Of a stretch of DNA of 31,514 nucleotides, positions 17,825-27,611 are shown piece by piece. The DNA is taken from positions 1 through 31,514 of IMG/VR virus record IMGVR_UViG_3300032320_002936. One strand, 5' to 3'. Origin of the DNA: a virus (lineage: Duplodnaviria; Caudoviricetes). Position 1 is the first letter of the stretch, and every line of letters starts with the position of its first letter. The notes under the pieces were generated by a model that was given only the letters and a program-made list of their open reading frames with translations, was not told the DNA's origin and did not search any database. The translations under genes and the position numbers were made by a program.

Positions 17825-18877
17825 TTATATTTCTCCTTTATCAATTTGTTTTAAAACTTCTATAATTGAATCTATATCAAATAATTCCCAAGCTAAATTA
17901 TTAGGGTCGGATTGCCCTTCTTCTAATTGTGCCACACAAACACCACCACCATCTAAACTGATTAGGTTAGTTTTTGATTTATTTGAAAATTGTTGACATT
18001 TATATCCTAACCAACCTTCCATTTTAGGATGAGTAATAATAATATTAGTATTAGCTTTAGTAGAAAATAATAAATTTATGTTAGAAGCACTACTTTGTTG
18101 AATAATATTTTTATAGGATTTAAATATTTGTATTTTACCTATAATATCATGATCCATTAATTCAATAATATCATAGTCTAGCTCATTTTTAATTTTATCT
18201 ATAAGTTCTAACTCATTTATCAAATTTCTTGAATGATACCATCCTCTTTTTATAGTATCTTGCCTTGAAATATAACATCCATTTTTAATTGGAGTTTTTG
18301 CTGGGATTTTAGAAACTGTTTCAACTATTCTATCAGTGATTAGATCATCTCCATGAGACATTGGAAAACCATATAGTAAATTAGGTAAAATTAAGTTTGA
18401 TATTTTGTATTTAACATGTTTTTTAAATACTATAATTTCAATATTTTTATCTTGATAATATAAATCTAACCATTGCTTTACAAAACTACTATCACCTTTT
18501 TCTTGATAATAGTCTTCAAGTATTCCTAGTTTTAATTTAGGATTTGTTTTTAGTAATTCATCAAAATACAAACATCTTCCAAAGAAATTAAAAAAGTGGT
18601 GAATATAATTTAACCCTGATTCATCATAAAGAAAAAATATTTCGTCTTCTAATAATTCATCAAATGATTCATCTATAGCAACAATATTAGTATGTAAAGA
18701 TTGATTATTATTACTAGTATTAATCAAATAACCATCATGAGATATATCAACCCATCCTATACCATTTTTTATATCATTCTCCTTATGTCTTAGAATAGGA
18801 TTTTTAATTAATGTACAAAAATCATTTTGGGGATTAATAGTTTTTGGTAAATTTATATTAATTCTTTGGGAGTTCAT
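17825..18877 (-). CDS. Glycosyltransferase family 61 (DUF563)-like protein
   Basis: NYIHHF, YISRQD....RNLINELEL, IQIFKSYKNII...SA..NLLF. Confidence 0.65.
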   Translation of the reverse strand: MNSQRININLPKTINPQNDFCTLIKNPILRHKENDIKNGIGWVDISHDGYLINTSNNNQSLHTNIVAIDESFDELLEDEIFFLYDESGLNYIHHFFNFFGRCLYFDELLKTNPKLKLGILEDYYQEKGDSSFVKQWLDLYYQDKNIEIIVFKKHVKYKISNLILPNLLYGFPMSHGDDLITDRIVETVSKIPAKTPIKNGCYISRQDTIKRGWYHSRNLINELELIDKIKNELDYDIIELMDHDIIGKIQIFKSYKNIIQQSSASNINLLFSTKANTNIIITHPKMEGWLGYKCQQFSNKSKTNLISLDGGGVCVAQLEEGQSDPNNLAWELFDIDSIIEVLKQIDKGEI

Positions 18878-20732
18878 CTAATAAGGTATTTATTATTTTA
18901 AAGTATTTTGCAAATTTATCTTGGTCTTCAGTATGTAAAGGCATAAGTGTGAAGAATAAACTTGCTGTTATCATTTTTATTATACGAAGACCTTTTTCCT
19001 CAAACAAATCTTCAAATACATTTTTAAATTCATTTATATAAACATTATCTAATTCAATATCATTTAAAATAAAATCATATCCTAATATTGATTGATAAAC
19101 CTTGGCTAAATCATAATAAGCATCTCCTATAATAGTTAACTCATTATCTATTTTACCTTTCATATCAATAAACTTTAAACCTTGTTCAGTTTGTAAAACA
19201 TTGGTAAATACTGGGTCACCATGTATCACCGCAAACACTGCTTTATCATAGTGAAATAATAAATTATCAAGTTTTTTAAATATAGATTCAGCGTGTATGT
19301 ACTTATTGTATAAATCTAGATTATTATTGTATCTATCTCTAAGTTTTTGGTTATAGTCAGCATAAACTTTAGGATATGTTTTTACTTTACCAATTGTAAT
19401 ATGAAGCATATTTAATTGCTGTAGTAACTCTTTTAATTGTTCAACTTTTAATAATTTATTAGTATACAAATATGAAAAATTTACACCTTCAATATTTTCC
19501 ATAGTAATTTGATTACCGGTAATATTATATACTTTGGGAAATAAATGTTCACGGTGTTTAGGTATATTTTGATACCAATAAATTTCACCTGGGTTTGAAG
19601 TAGTTTTTACAACTTTATCTTTATTATAGTCTACTTTATTAAATGTTCTAGGTACAATTTCAGTATCATAAACTCCTATAGCTTGATTCATTGATATAGA
19701 AGGGTTAACAGCTAAATCATCTATGTAAAAATTAGCGTATGGCTTACCAAAATAAATTTCATCATAAGGTATATCAAATTTATCAAGTGTATCGAGAGTT
19801 ACCCTGGATATATCGGCTATTACACGTCCAACATTACCACCATGTGTTTTCATTCTACGGGCAGTATAAATTATAATAGTATGGCCTAAACTATGAAGTA
19901 ATTTAAGGAAATTAATGTTACGTTGAATTGGTTCTACACTATAGTAATCACCTGGTATAGTAGGATATGAAACTAAAGTATTATCAAAATCAAAACATAT
20001 TCTTAATGATTCTGAGTTGTGTTTGTTTTTATTACAATAAATTTGAAGTTGTAGAGGAGTACCCACACAACTAAATTTAGTTATTTGTTGTCCTTTTATT
20101 ACTAAATTATCTTTTAACATTTCATTATACACACATGAGGTATAAAGTTCTGTTGTTGTAGAAGGTAATTTTTCAATATACTGTTTTAGAGTACGCCCTG
20201 TATGAAAACCATAGGCACCAGTATTAGCCCAATCTGATATTTTTGTTTTCTCAGCTATTTTTGTAACCCAATTATTAGAATCTAATTTTATATAAGAAAA
20301 TATAGGGTTGGTTTGCTTATCTTCAAAATAAAAAATCATATTTTTATTATCAGACTTTCTATAATAATCTAATATATCTTCTTCATAAAAGGTATCACAA
20401 TCCAAAACTAAAAATTCTTTTTCTAATTCTTTAACAGGCATTTCATTTAACCCATAAAGTATAGTTTCAGATGCTCCTTTAGTAACATGATTTAAAGATA
20501 TAAATTTAATATTTTTTTTAGGGAAATAGAACTTAACTAAATTTTCAAAGTTAAATTCTTTTAACTGGTTATTATAAACAATGTAGATAGTATCCTCATC
20601 ATTTAATTTCAGGTTATCTATTACTCTATAAATCATAGTTTTACCTAAAACACTTATAAGTGGTTTAGGCATAAGATATCCTTCATCTTTAAAACGTTGA
20701 CCTATACCTCCAATTGGAATTATTATGTTCAT
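18858..20732 (-). CDS. Three-domain fusion: nucleotidyltransferase + HAD-IIIC (EcbF/BcbF-like) phosphatase + APH/choline-kinase-like phosphotransferase
   Basis: MNIIIPIGGIGQRF...PKPLI, LDCD; DFDNTL, YTARRM, FGKP...YIDD; IHGDPVFTNV...FIDMKG, YDLAK; ATG 20732 overlaps the upstream TGA (ATGA). Confidence 0.8.
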   Translation of the reverse strand: MNIIIPIGGIGQRFKDEGYLMPKPLISVLGKTMIYRVIDNLKLNDEDTIYIVYNNQLKEFNFENLVKFYFPKKNIKFISLNHVTKGASETILYGLNEMPVKELEKEFLVLDCDTFYEEDILDYYRKSDNKNMIFYFEDKQTNPIFSYIKLDSNNWVTKIAEKTKISDWANTGAYGFHTGRTLKQYIEKLPSTTTELYTSCVYNEMLKDNLVIKGQQITKFSCVGTPLQLQIYCNKNKHNSESLRICFDFDNTLVSYPTIPGDYYSVEPIQRNINFLKLLHSLGHTIIIYTARRMKTHGGNVGRVIADISRVTLDTLDKFDIPYDEIYFGKPYANFYIDDLAVNPSISMNQAIGVYDTEIVPRTFNKVDYNKDKVVKTTSNPGEIYWYQNIPKHREHLFPKVYNITGNQITMENIEGVNFSYLYTNKLLKVEQLKELLQQLNMLHITIGKVKTYPKVYADYNQKLRDRYNNNLDLYNKYIHAESIFKKLDNLLFHYDKAVFAVIHGDPVFTNVLQTEQGLKFIDMKGKIDNELTIIGDAYYDLAKVYQSILGYDFILNDIELDNVYINEFKNVFEDLFEEKGLRIIKMITASLFFTLMPLHTEDQDKFAKYFKIINTLLDELPKN

Positions 20733-21346
20733 AATAGATCGTATAAATTGTTTTGTTTTTCTTGCCTCTCGATGTGTTTTGGATGGTATAAACAATAATC
20801 ATCCTCTAATGGTAAAGTAGCCCAAGTGTTATGACCCATTAGTACTTCATGCACTTTATTACCCCAATTGATTTTTGGTGAATTTTGAAGTATACGAGGT
20901 TGTAAATCAGGAAAGTTAACCCATCCTTTTTCATTTACATTCCATCTCCATCTTTGGATGTGTTCTTGAGTTAATCCTTCTACAGTATTAATTCTAGGAA
21001 GTAAAAATACATCAATAGTTGAATTGTCTTGAAGTATTAAATGCAAATTCTGTAAAAATTCAATTGTTACATATTCATCAGCATCTATTTGAAAAATCCA
21101 TTCTCCAATACAATGTTTTTTTAGATTATTTTTAAAAGCTGAAAAGTTACCTTTTAAAGGAAATTCTATAACATTTACTCTACCATAAAATTGGTCTAGT
21201 ACTTTATATACTTCAGGTGTAGTATTACCTTGATCACATTGAACTACTATTTCATCCTCATCTCTTTTATTAGTGACGAGGATGCTTAGTAATCTCATTA
21301 ATTCTTCATGTTCATTACAAACAGGAATCGCATAACTTATTTTCAT
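20729..21346 (-). CDS. Glycosyltransferase family 2
   Basis: ISYAIPVCNE, DEIVV, FSAFKN, WIFQIDADE, VHE. Confidence 0.85.
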   Translation of the reverse strand: MKISYAIPVCNEHEELMRLLSILVTNKRDEDEIVVQCDQGNTTPEVYKVLDQFYGRVNVIEFPLKGNFSAFKNNLKKHCIGEWIFQIDADEYVTIEFLQNLHLILQDNSTIDVFLLPRINTVEGLTQEHIQRWRWNVNEKGWVNFPDLQPRILQNSPKINWGNKVHEVLMGHNTWATLPLEDDYCLYHPKHIERQEKQNNLYDLL

Positions 21347-21351
21347 ATTTT

Positions 21352-21804
21352 TTAGTTGTAAAAACCTATATAATCTAACGCCTCAATAAAATCCTCTTGT
21401 GGATAATTCTTTAAAGATTTAATATCAGTTTTATGTGTATAAAATTCTTCAGTACCTGGAATTTTGAATTTACCTTTCTCTTCTTCGCTTACTTCAACAG
21501 CTTTTATACCTGCCCATTGCCAATTGAATTTAGAAGTACCATTAGCAAATACCGTTCCTTTATCCTGAATATTAATGGTAATTGGATACCATACTCGTTT
21601 TTCTGAATCTGTGTTTTTGAGGTCTTTGTAAAGTTCAGGTAAAGTTTCTTCATAAGTATCAAATTCGAATTCACCTTCTTTCATTAGATCATTAGTTTGA
21701 AAACCACATCCAAAACAAAAATAATTGTTTTTTACTTCGTTTACAGGAGTGATATAACAAGCATCACTCCCGCAACGTGGACATATAGATAATTTATCTT
21801 TCAT
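21352..21804 (-). CDS. Zinc-ribbon protein
   Basis: CPRCGSDAC...YFCFGCGF. Confidence 0.65.
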   Translation of the reverse strand: MKDKLSICPRCGSDACYITPVNEVKNNYFCFGCGFQTNDLMKEGEFEFDTYEETLPELYKDLKNTDSEKRVWYPITINIQDKGTVFANGTSKFNWQWAGIKAVEVSEEEKGKFKIPGTEEFYTHKTDIKSLKNYPQEDFIEALDYIGFYN

Positions 21805-21805
21805 T

Positions 21806-23113
21806 TTATTCTACTTTTTTAAGTTTAGGTAACTCAATTTTTTTCAATTGAGGTAATTTTAATTGTACTTGTTTTGGAAACTCAGGTACATTAGTAGTTA
21901 ATATGGTATCTAATTTTTCTTGCATTTTTTCAAATGAAAAATTAGTTTTACAATAATGTGCTAAACGTTTACCATTATCTTGATATTTTTTATAATTTTC
22001 AAAATAATCTCTTAATACACCACCTGCAAATCCATAATCTACTGTAAACCATTGTGAACCATCAATTAACATATCCTTAACTTGAGCAGATGGGTGAATA
22101 TTAGTTAAAGTACCAGGTATTAATGAAGTAAATTCAGGATTTAAGAAATCCAATTGTCCACTCCAGTTTGGAGCAATTACTGGTTTTTTAGTTTGAGTAA
22201 ATTCAAGTAATGGTCTACCAAATCCTTCACCTTTAGTAAAACTAACCATTGCTTTTATTTTAGAATGGTTATAAAGTTGGTTCATCTCATCATCTGATAC
22301 TTCACCATGAAATAAGTAAATGTTAGGTAAGTTTTTAGAATTTACAGACTTTCTAATAGCATCTAACTTTTTTAAAATACTATCTCTATCTACAATACTG
22401 GTTGGACCTGACATTGTTTTTAAGATAAGTGCAGGTTTTTTAGATTTGTTTTTAAACGATTCTAAAAATATTTTAACTAAACCACCTACATCTTTTCTGT
22501 CTTGAAATATATCTCCTTGTAACCAATGACCTGTAAATAAGAAAGCAAATTCTTCTTTTACATTATCTAATGCTTGTTTTATCTCAGAAGCAGGAGTTAA
22601 GGGAGAAGCAAAATATTTAGTTATATCTACTCCTTCAAATAATACTTCAATGGGAGCAGTTAATTCTATAATACCAACTGTTTGTTTAGTTTTTTCATCT
22701 TGTTTCTGGAATTTGGAATCTTGGAATACTTTTTTAGCATGTTCAGATGAAACTAAATTTAAGTTCATTCTATTCATACCTTCAAGCCATTGTGGAGCAC
22801 AAATTGTAGTTTCAATACCTGCTGTTATTCCAATATTATATTTTCCAATAGGTTGAAATTCATTAGGTACTGTAATTTGAGCCCAAACATCAGGCTGTTC
22901 AGTTAAATTTCCTGTTAAGATATATGATTGTAAAAATCCCCATTCATCTTGGTGATCTTCAATAAATCCCCAAGGTGTATTTCCCCAACGTTGAGGCATT
23001 ATTTTAATATTGTATTTATCTAAATTAATTAACGCTTTAACTAAATCACGTGAGCGTGAACCGTAACCTGAGTATGTGTCTATAGGACAACTTATTACAA
23101 ATGTATTTTTCAT
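21806..23113 (-). CDS. GT-B (GT4-like) glycosyltransferase
   Basis: TYSGYG, RKD, TKGEGFGRPLLEF, PVIAPNWSGQLDF. Confidence 0.8.
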   Translation of the reverse strand: MKNTFVISCPIDTYSGYGSRSRDLVKALINLDKYNIKIMPQRWGNTPWGFIEDHQDEWGFLQSYILTGNLTEQPDVWAQITVPNEFQPIGKYNIGITAGIETTICAPQWLEGMNRMNLNLVSSEHAKKVFQDSKFQKQDEKTKQTVGIIELTAPIEVLFEGVDITKYFASPLTPASEIKQALDNVKEEFAFLFTGHWLQGDIFQDRKDVGGLVKIFLESFKNKSKKPALILKTMSGPTSIVDRDSILKKLDAIRKSVNSKNLPNIYLFHGEVSDDEMNQLYNHSKIKAMVSFTKGEGFGRPLLEFTQTKKPVIAPNWSGQLDFLNPEFTSLIPGTLTNIHPSAQVKDMLIDGSQWFTVDYGFAGGVLRDYFENYKKYQDNGKRLAHYCKTNFSFEKMQEKLDTILTTNVPEFPKQVQLKLPQLKKIELPKLKKVE

Positions 23114-23123
23114 TATAATTTTA

Positions 23124-24548
23124 TTAATACGTTAATTTATGAACTAATTCTAGAGGCTCCAAATCTTCTACCTTAAAGAATTCAAATGATTTTTTAGGTA
23201 CAAATTTTTCTAATGTTAAATCAATGTCTTTGATTACATTATTACACATCATACGAGCAGACATTCCTGATTCATCTGAAGTTACCCATTCTCTAGCTGC
23301 CTTACCATTCTCAATTCTTTCTTCAGGAGTCAATTCATAAACTTGTTGAATAGCATTTGCTAAATCTCTAAAATCTAATCTATCATCCCAAATATAAGGA
23401 GTTGTTGGTGAACCTACTAATGACATATTATTTGGAAATACTGGTATGGCCCATTTACCATGTTTTTTATAAGTACCAAAATGGTTTGAAGGGAAATCAG
23501 TTGTAAAGTCAATCCATTTTCCATTTTCATCTTCAAAACGCATTTGGTCTTGCATACCTCCTGTTACATTAGCTATAATCATTTTACCAGCCATCATAGC
23601 CTCAGTTAATGCTAATCCCCATCCTTCGTTTGAAGAAGGTAGTACGGTTACATCTGCAATGTTGTATATGTTATTTAATTCAGCTGTATCAATTCTCTGA
23701 TCTGAGAAGAATATATTTGAATTAGGGCCAAATAGTAAAGTTTTTACAGCATCTAAATCTGTACCATTTCCATCTATAACTTGTGTATGTAATACTAAAG
23801 CTACTTTATCTGCTTTTTCTTTAGGTAAGGAATCTAAAAACATTTTGTGAGCAGCCATTAAATCACTAACACATTTTCTTCTAATGTTTCTTGAATTAAA
23901 GAACACAATAAAATCAAATTCTTTATCACCAAACAATTTTTGTTTTGTAGGAATTAATTTTGATTTATCTTCTACAGGAAAGAATTGTTTTTCATTAATT
24001 CCATGAGGTACATAAGAGATAAGTTTACCATCTGCTCTTTTACCTAAAACCATTTCATTAATGTTTTTGGTTTGTTTTGAGATAGCTAATAATGTATCAC
24101 ATGATTCATAAAATGCTCTATTGTAAAGTGGAGCAGGTAAATCATCCCAAATGTTTAAGTAAATCATTGGAATTTGTTTTCTTACTTCATTTTCAATAGC
24201 AAATAACCAATCATAATATCTTGGATCAGTAAAAAACATTAAACCATCTGGTTTTTCATTTTTTAACATATATCTGATTAAATCAGAATTACCATACCCA
24301 TTATTTGGATAGATAATTACATCAGTATCAGTAAGTTGTGTTTCAGCGTTAGTAGCTTGAGATAAATCTAATCTTTGTCCGTGTTCAGGATGATTAATAG
24401 CAGCTCCTATTATTACCCAATTATAGTGATGGGCAGTTCCTAAAACTATTTCTCGAGCCATTGTAGCAATACCCGAGTGCATTCTAATGTCGTCGCAAAT
24501 GAATAATATTTTTTTTCTTTGCTCTTTAGGTAGATAACCTTCTTTCAT
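23124..24548 (-). CDS. GT4 glycosyltransferase
   Basis: HSGIAT, VPHGI, RNIRRK, YNIADV, SNEGWGLALTEAM (EX7E), TGGMQDQ. Confidence 0.85.
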   Translation of the reverse strand: MKEGYLPKEQRKKILFICDDIRMHSGIATMAREIVLGTAHHYNWVIIGAAINHPEHGQRLDLSQATNAETQLTDTDVIIYPNNGYGNSDLIRYMLKNEKPDGLMFFTDPRYYDWLFAIENEVRKQIPMIYLNIWDDLPAPLYNRAFYESCDTLLAISKQTKNINEMVLGKRADGKLISYVPHGINEKQFFPVEDKSKLIPTKQKLFGDKEFDFIVFFNSRNIRRKCVSDLMAAHKMFLDSLPKEKADKVALVLHTQVIDGNGTDLDAVKTLLFGPNSNIFFSDQRIDTAELNNIYNIADVTVLPSSNEGWGLALTEAMMAGKMIIANVTGGMQDQMRFEDENGKWIDFTTDFPSNHFGTYKKHGKWAIPVFPNNMSLVGSPTTPYIWDDRLDFRDLANAIQQVYELTPEERIENGKAAREWVTSDESGMSARMMCNNVIKDIDLTLEKFVPKKSFEFFKVEDLEPLELVHKLTY

Positions 24549-24559
24549 AAACTAATTTG

Positions 24560-24748
24560 TTATTTTTCTAATTCTAAATTCATATGGTTATGAACTAATT
24601 TTTGGAACTCGGGGTCCGTTAAATACAGGTGCATACACCTGTCTGCTAATTTTTGTAGAGAAAACTTGGTTTTGATTGTCTCTATCTTAAAGGCTTCAAA
24701 GATATCTTTGTCTACCTTTACACTTGTTAATTGTTGATTTTGTGACAT
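24560..24748 (-). CDS. Ribbon-helix-helix-like small DNA-binding protein
   Basis: LTSVKVD (beta) KDIFEAFKIETIK (helix) FSLQKLADRCMHLYL (helix). Confidence 0.55.
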   Translation of the reverse strand: MSQNQQLTSVKVDKDIFEAFKIETIKTKFSLQKLADRCMHLYLTDPEFQKLVHNHMNLELEK

Positions 24749-24774
24749 AATTATTTATTTTATTGTTAACATAT

Positions 24775-24782
24775 ATAAATAT
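24775..24782 (-). promoter_or_regulatory. ATATTTAT upstream motif at the head of the glycan locus
   Basis: 26 nt upstream of ATG 24748. Confidence 0.4.
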
Positions 24783-24790
24783 ATTAATAT

Positions 24791-25762
24791 CTAATAAAAT
24801 GTGAAGGATTTTTTAATTTCTTCATTTTTATCACATAAATCTGAGTTGTTTGAGTAGGGGCAAAAATGGCAATTATGTTTACTTGGAATCTTTTCTAATG
24901 TAACTGGATTATAAGACCCTTCATCTGTAAATACTTGGGTTAAAAAACTCTCTAATAATTGTGTTGACTTATTTAATTTTACTTTACCAGCAGCTGGTTG
25001 GAATTCTTGGATTCGTTTTTGTGGAAAATCTCCTCCTTCATATACTTTTCTTCTAGTAATAAAATATTCTACTTGAATGTTATCAATTGGAAAATTGTAT
25101 TGTTCAGCAAAGAATTTTTTATAAAGAATTAATTGAGACATTTTAATATCGTCTTTCTTCTCTTTATCACCCCAACCTCGAGTTGAAGTTTTAATATCAA
25201 GAATCTTTATAGTATTAGTTGGTTCATGATAAAACACTACATCTAAAAATCCATTGAATAGAACATTATTTAGTTTCTTAATTGGATTTAAAACAATGGG
25301 TACTTCACACCCTACTAAATACCATCCTCTTTTTGAAAAATAAGTCCCTTTTTTCTTTTTAATGTAATCTAAAATTTGAAGACCATCATCACAAAATTCA
25401 GCTAATTCTGCAGCATTTGAAAAATGAACATTTTTATTTTTTTTATAAAATTCTTGATATTCTTCTCTTAACGCTGTTTTAAATTCAGTTTCAATATCTA
25501 ATCTATCAGCCGCTGCTCCACTTTCCTCGTAAAATATCGTTAGATAATGTTGAAGAGCACGATGTAAAGCCGTACCAAATACCGCATGTATGCTAGGTTC
25601 AAAAATTTTATATCCATCTCTATATTTCAAACCCCAATGATGTGGGCAATTTGAAAATATACTTAACTGAGAGTAAGATACAGATTTATGATAAGCATAG
25701 TTTATCTCGGGTACAGTTACTTTTTGTAAGTCTTTTAATATTTTAGGGAGTTTTTTAGCCAA
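24791..25762 (-). CDS. Cas4/AddB-like PD-(D/E)xK nuclease with probable Fe-S cysteines
   Basis: SYSQL....CP, GTALH, GFLDVV, LDIKT, QLILY, C-terminal CHFCPY...C. Confidence 0.8.
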   Translation of the reverse strand: MAKKLPKILKDLQKVTVPEINYAYHKSVSYSQLSIFSNCPHHWGLKYRDGYKIFEPSIHAVFGTALHRALQHYLTIFYEESGAAADRLDIETEFKTALREEYQEFYKKNKNVHFSNAAELAEFCDDGLQILDYIKKKKGTYFSKRGWYLVGCEVPIVLNPIKKLNNVLFNGFLDVVFYHEPTNTIKILDIKTSTRGWGDKEKKDDIKMSQLILYKKFFAEQYNFPIDNIQVEYFITRRKVYEGGDFPQKRIQEFQPAAGKVKLNKSTQLLESFLTQVFTDEGSYNPVTLEKIPSKHNCHFCPYSNNSDLCDKNEEIKKSFTFY

Positions 25763-26039
25763 GTTTTTTTCTGTTTTGGATTTCTCTATCTAAATAAAAT
25801 AGAGCTTTTTCTAAATCCTGGATGATATTGTCTTTTTTACCTGCTCTAGAAATGTATTTAAGAGTGTTACCTAAATTAAAACCTACTTCCCATGCTTCTA
25901 TAACTTTAATAGCCTCATAGGGGTTATTTTTACCTCCATAATGTTTTGGGTGGATCACTGATGGATTTTCTTCTTCATCAATTGTAAATGTTGCTTCTCT
26001 ATCATTCATTTCTTCAAATTTTTTTGCTGAGTCACTCAT
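25755..26039 (-). CDS. DUF3310 (T7 gp1.7-like) protein
   Basis: HPKHY, EAIKVI, FNLGNTLKYISRAGKK, DLEKALFYL. Confidence 0.85.
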   Translation of the reverse strand: MSDSAKKFEEMNDREATFTIDEEENPSVIHPKHYGGKNNPYEAIKVIEAWEVGFNLGNTLKYISRAGKKDNIIQDLEKALFYLDREIQNRKKLG

Positions 26040-26455
26040 TTTAATAATTTTTTTATTTCTTTTTCTTCTTTACCTAACTGTTGTAAAATTATAGTTACAT
26101 CTTGTTGGGTTAGAATGTTACAATAATCTAAAACCTCTCTAGTACTTATTTGAAAATATTCAGATAATAAACTTAATACTTCTTTTACGTACTGTTGTTT
26201 TGTGGGTTTTATATATTTGTTGAAGAATTTTTGTTTGGGTAAAGTTTTACAATAAAATTCATATAAACTTTGTTTTGGTAATTGATATTCTTGCATCTCA
26301 GCTACTAATTCAATATAATTAGGATTCATTGAGATAATTTTATTAATCATGAAATTGTTAAAGATCTCATGCTCCTCGTTCGAAAACGAGGACCATGGCT
26401 CTTTGTCATAGGACATTTGTTTTACCCAATCAAAAATTGTTTTAATTTTGGTCAT
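26036..26455 (-). CDS. Clamp loader small subunit (T4 gp62-like)
   Basis: FMINKIISM, YEFY...LPKQKFFNKYIK; size and position next to the large subunit. Confidence 0.6.
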   Translation of the reverse strand: MTKIKTIFDWVKQMSYDKEPWSSFSNEEHEIFNNFMINKIISMNPNYIELVAEMQEYQLPKQSLYEFYCKTLPKQKFFNKYIKPTKQQYVKEVLSLLSEYFQISTREVLDYCNILTQQDVTIILQQLGKEEKEIKKLLK

Positions 26456-26684
26456 CTTCTAAAATGAATTTGAATTCATCAGGCAAACCATCTTTTAAAA
26501 TCTCACCAGTTTCTGGATCGTAAAATACTTGGATTGGTAGTACATTATCTTCATTTGTACCAGTGATAAATTTAGATACTTTTCTTAGTAAATATCCTTG
26601 TTGCCAAATTTTACCTCCATTAGAAGTTAAAATTGGAGTTGTTTTGCTTAAATCTAAGCTCATTTGTGGTTGTTGATCTTCCAT
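26442..26684 (-). CDS. Hypothetical protein between the clamp loader subunits
   Basis: 80 aa ORF overlapping the downstream start. Confidence 0.6.
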   Translation of the reverse strand: MEDQQPQMSLDLSKTTPILTSNGGKIWQQGYLLRKVSKFITGTNEDNVLPIQVFYDPETGEILKDGLPDEFKFILEDDQN

Positions 26685-26690
26685 CTTTAT

Positions 26691-27602
26691 TTATTTGGTT
26701 GTTAATAATTTTGATATGCAGGCACAGAATGTAATTTCTTTATCAGGTGCCATAATTGATTTGTATTGATAATCTGCTATTATAAGAGTAGCAATTGCTG
26801 AATCTGTAAATTCATCTGCTCTTTCAAATAATACTCTATATAATTCATTATAATCTCTAATATTAGAATCCATTACTAGTTGTCTTATAGTAGTAAAATT
26901 CTTAACATTTTTGGTTTTAAGTAATTCTATTACTTGGTCTGATGTTTGTTTGAAATTAGTAATAGTTCTGCTTTCTATTAATTCTCCATTTTTAATGGAG
27001 GATTGTAATAAGTTTAAAGTTTTTCTAATATCAGGGTAAGTTTGCTTAACAATTCTTACTAAATCAGCTTTAGTATAAGTAATTTCTTCTAAATCTAAAA
27101 TTTCAACACATTTGAAGGCTACATCCTGCATTGATGGAGGAGTTAATTCAAACATAACAGTTCTAGATTGGATTGGATCAATTATACGTTCAATGTAATT
27201 ACAAGTAAAAACAAAACGAGTATTTAAACTGTATGTTTCAATTATATTACGAAGTGCTGCTTGAGCGTTTATTGTTAAGAAATCTGCTTCATCCATAATA
27301 ACCACTTTTTGTGGTTTAAAACTAGCTGCTGAAGCAAATGATTTTACCTTATCTCTAATAGTATCAATACCATTTTCATCAGAACAATTAATATATAATG
27401 AATCACAATCAATATTATTAATAATTAATTTAGCAGCTGTAGTTTTACCTGTTCCAGCTCCTCCTGTTAGTAATAAGTGAGGAATATCATTAGAATCAAT
27501 CCATTGTTGTAAAGATGATTTAAAATCATCATTACCAATGTACCCTTCTAAGGTATCAGGTCTATACTTTTCGGTAAATAAGGTGTGTTTTTTATTGAAC
27601 AT
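26691..27602 (-). CDS. Clamp loader AAA+ ATPase subunit (T4 gp44/RFC-like)
   Basis: EKYRP, GGAGTGKTT, INCSD, DEAD, AQAALR, IQSRT; true start ATG 27602 (the track's GTG at 27632 lies inside the promoter/hairpin). Confidence 0.92.
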   Translation of the reverse strand: MFNKKHTLFTEKYRPDTLEGYIGNDDFKSSLQQWIDSNDIPHLLLTGGAGTGKTTAAKLIINNIDCDSLYINCSDENGIDTIRDKVKSFASAASFKPQKVVIMDEADFLTINAQAALRNIIETYSLNTRFVFTCNYIERIIDPIQSRTVMFELTPPSMQDVAFKCVEILDLEEITYTKADLVRIVKQTYPDIRKTLNLLQSSIKNGELIESRTITNFKQTSDQVIELLKTKNVKNFTTIRQLVMDSNIRDYNELYRVLFERADEFTDSAIATLIIADYQYKSIMAPDKEITFCACISKLLTTK

Positions 27603-27611
27603 AACTTTTAT

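Noticed and set aside
20733-20795. Extended N-termini in the ORF track (20795, also 27632, 7545, 5977, 5649)
   Set aside because: They create long overlaps or run into promoter elements; downstream ATGs match domain starts and tight gene coupling
24791-25762. CRISPR-Cas system
   Set aside because: No repeat-spacer array or other cas genes seen in the window
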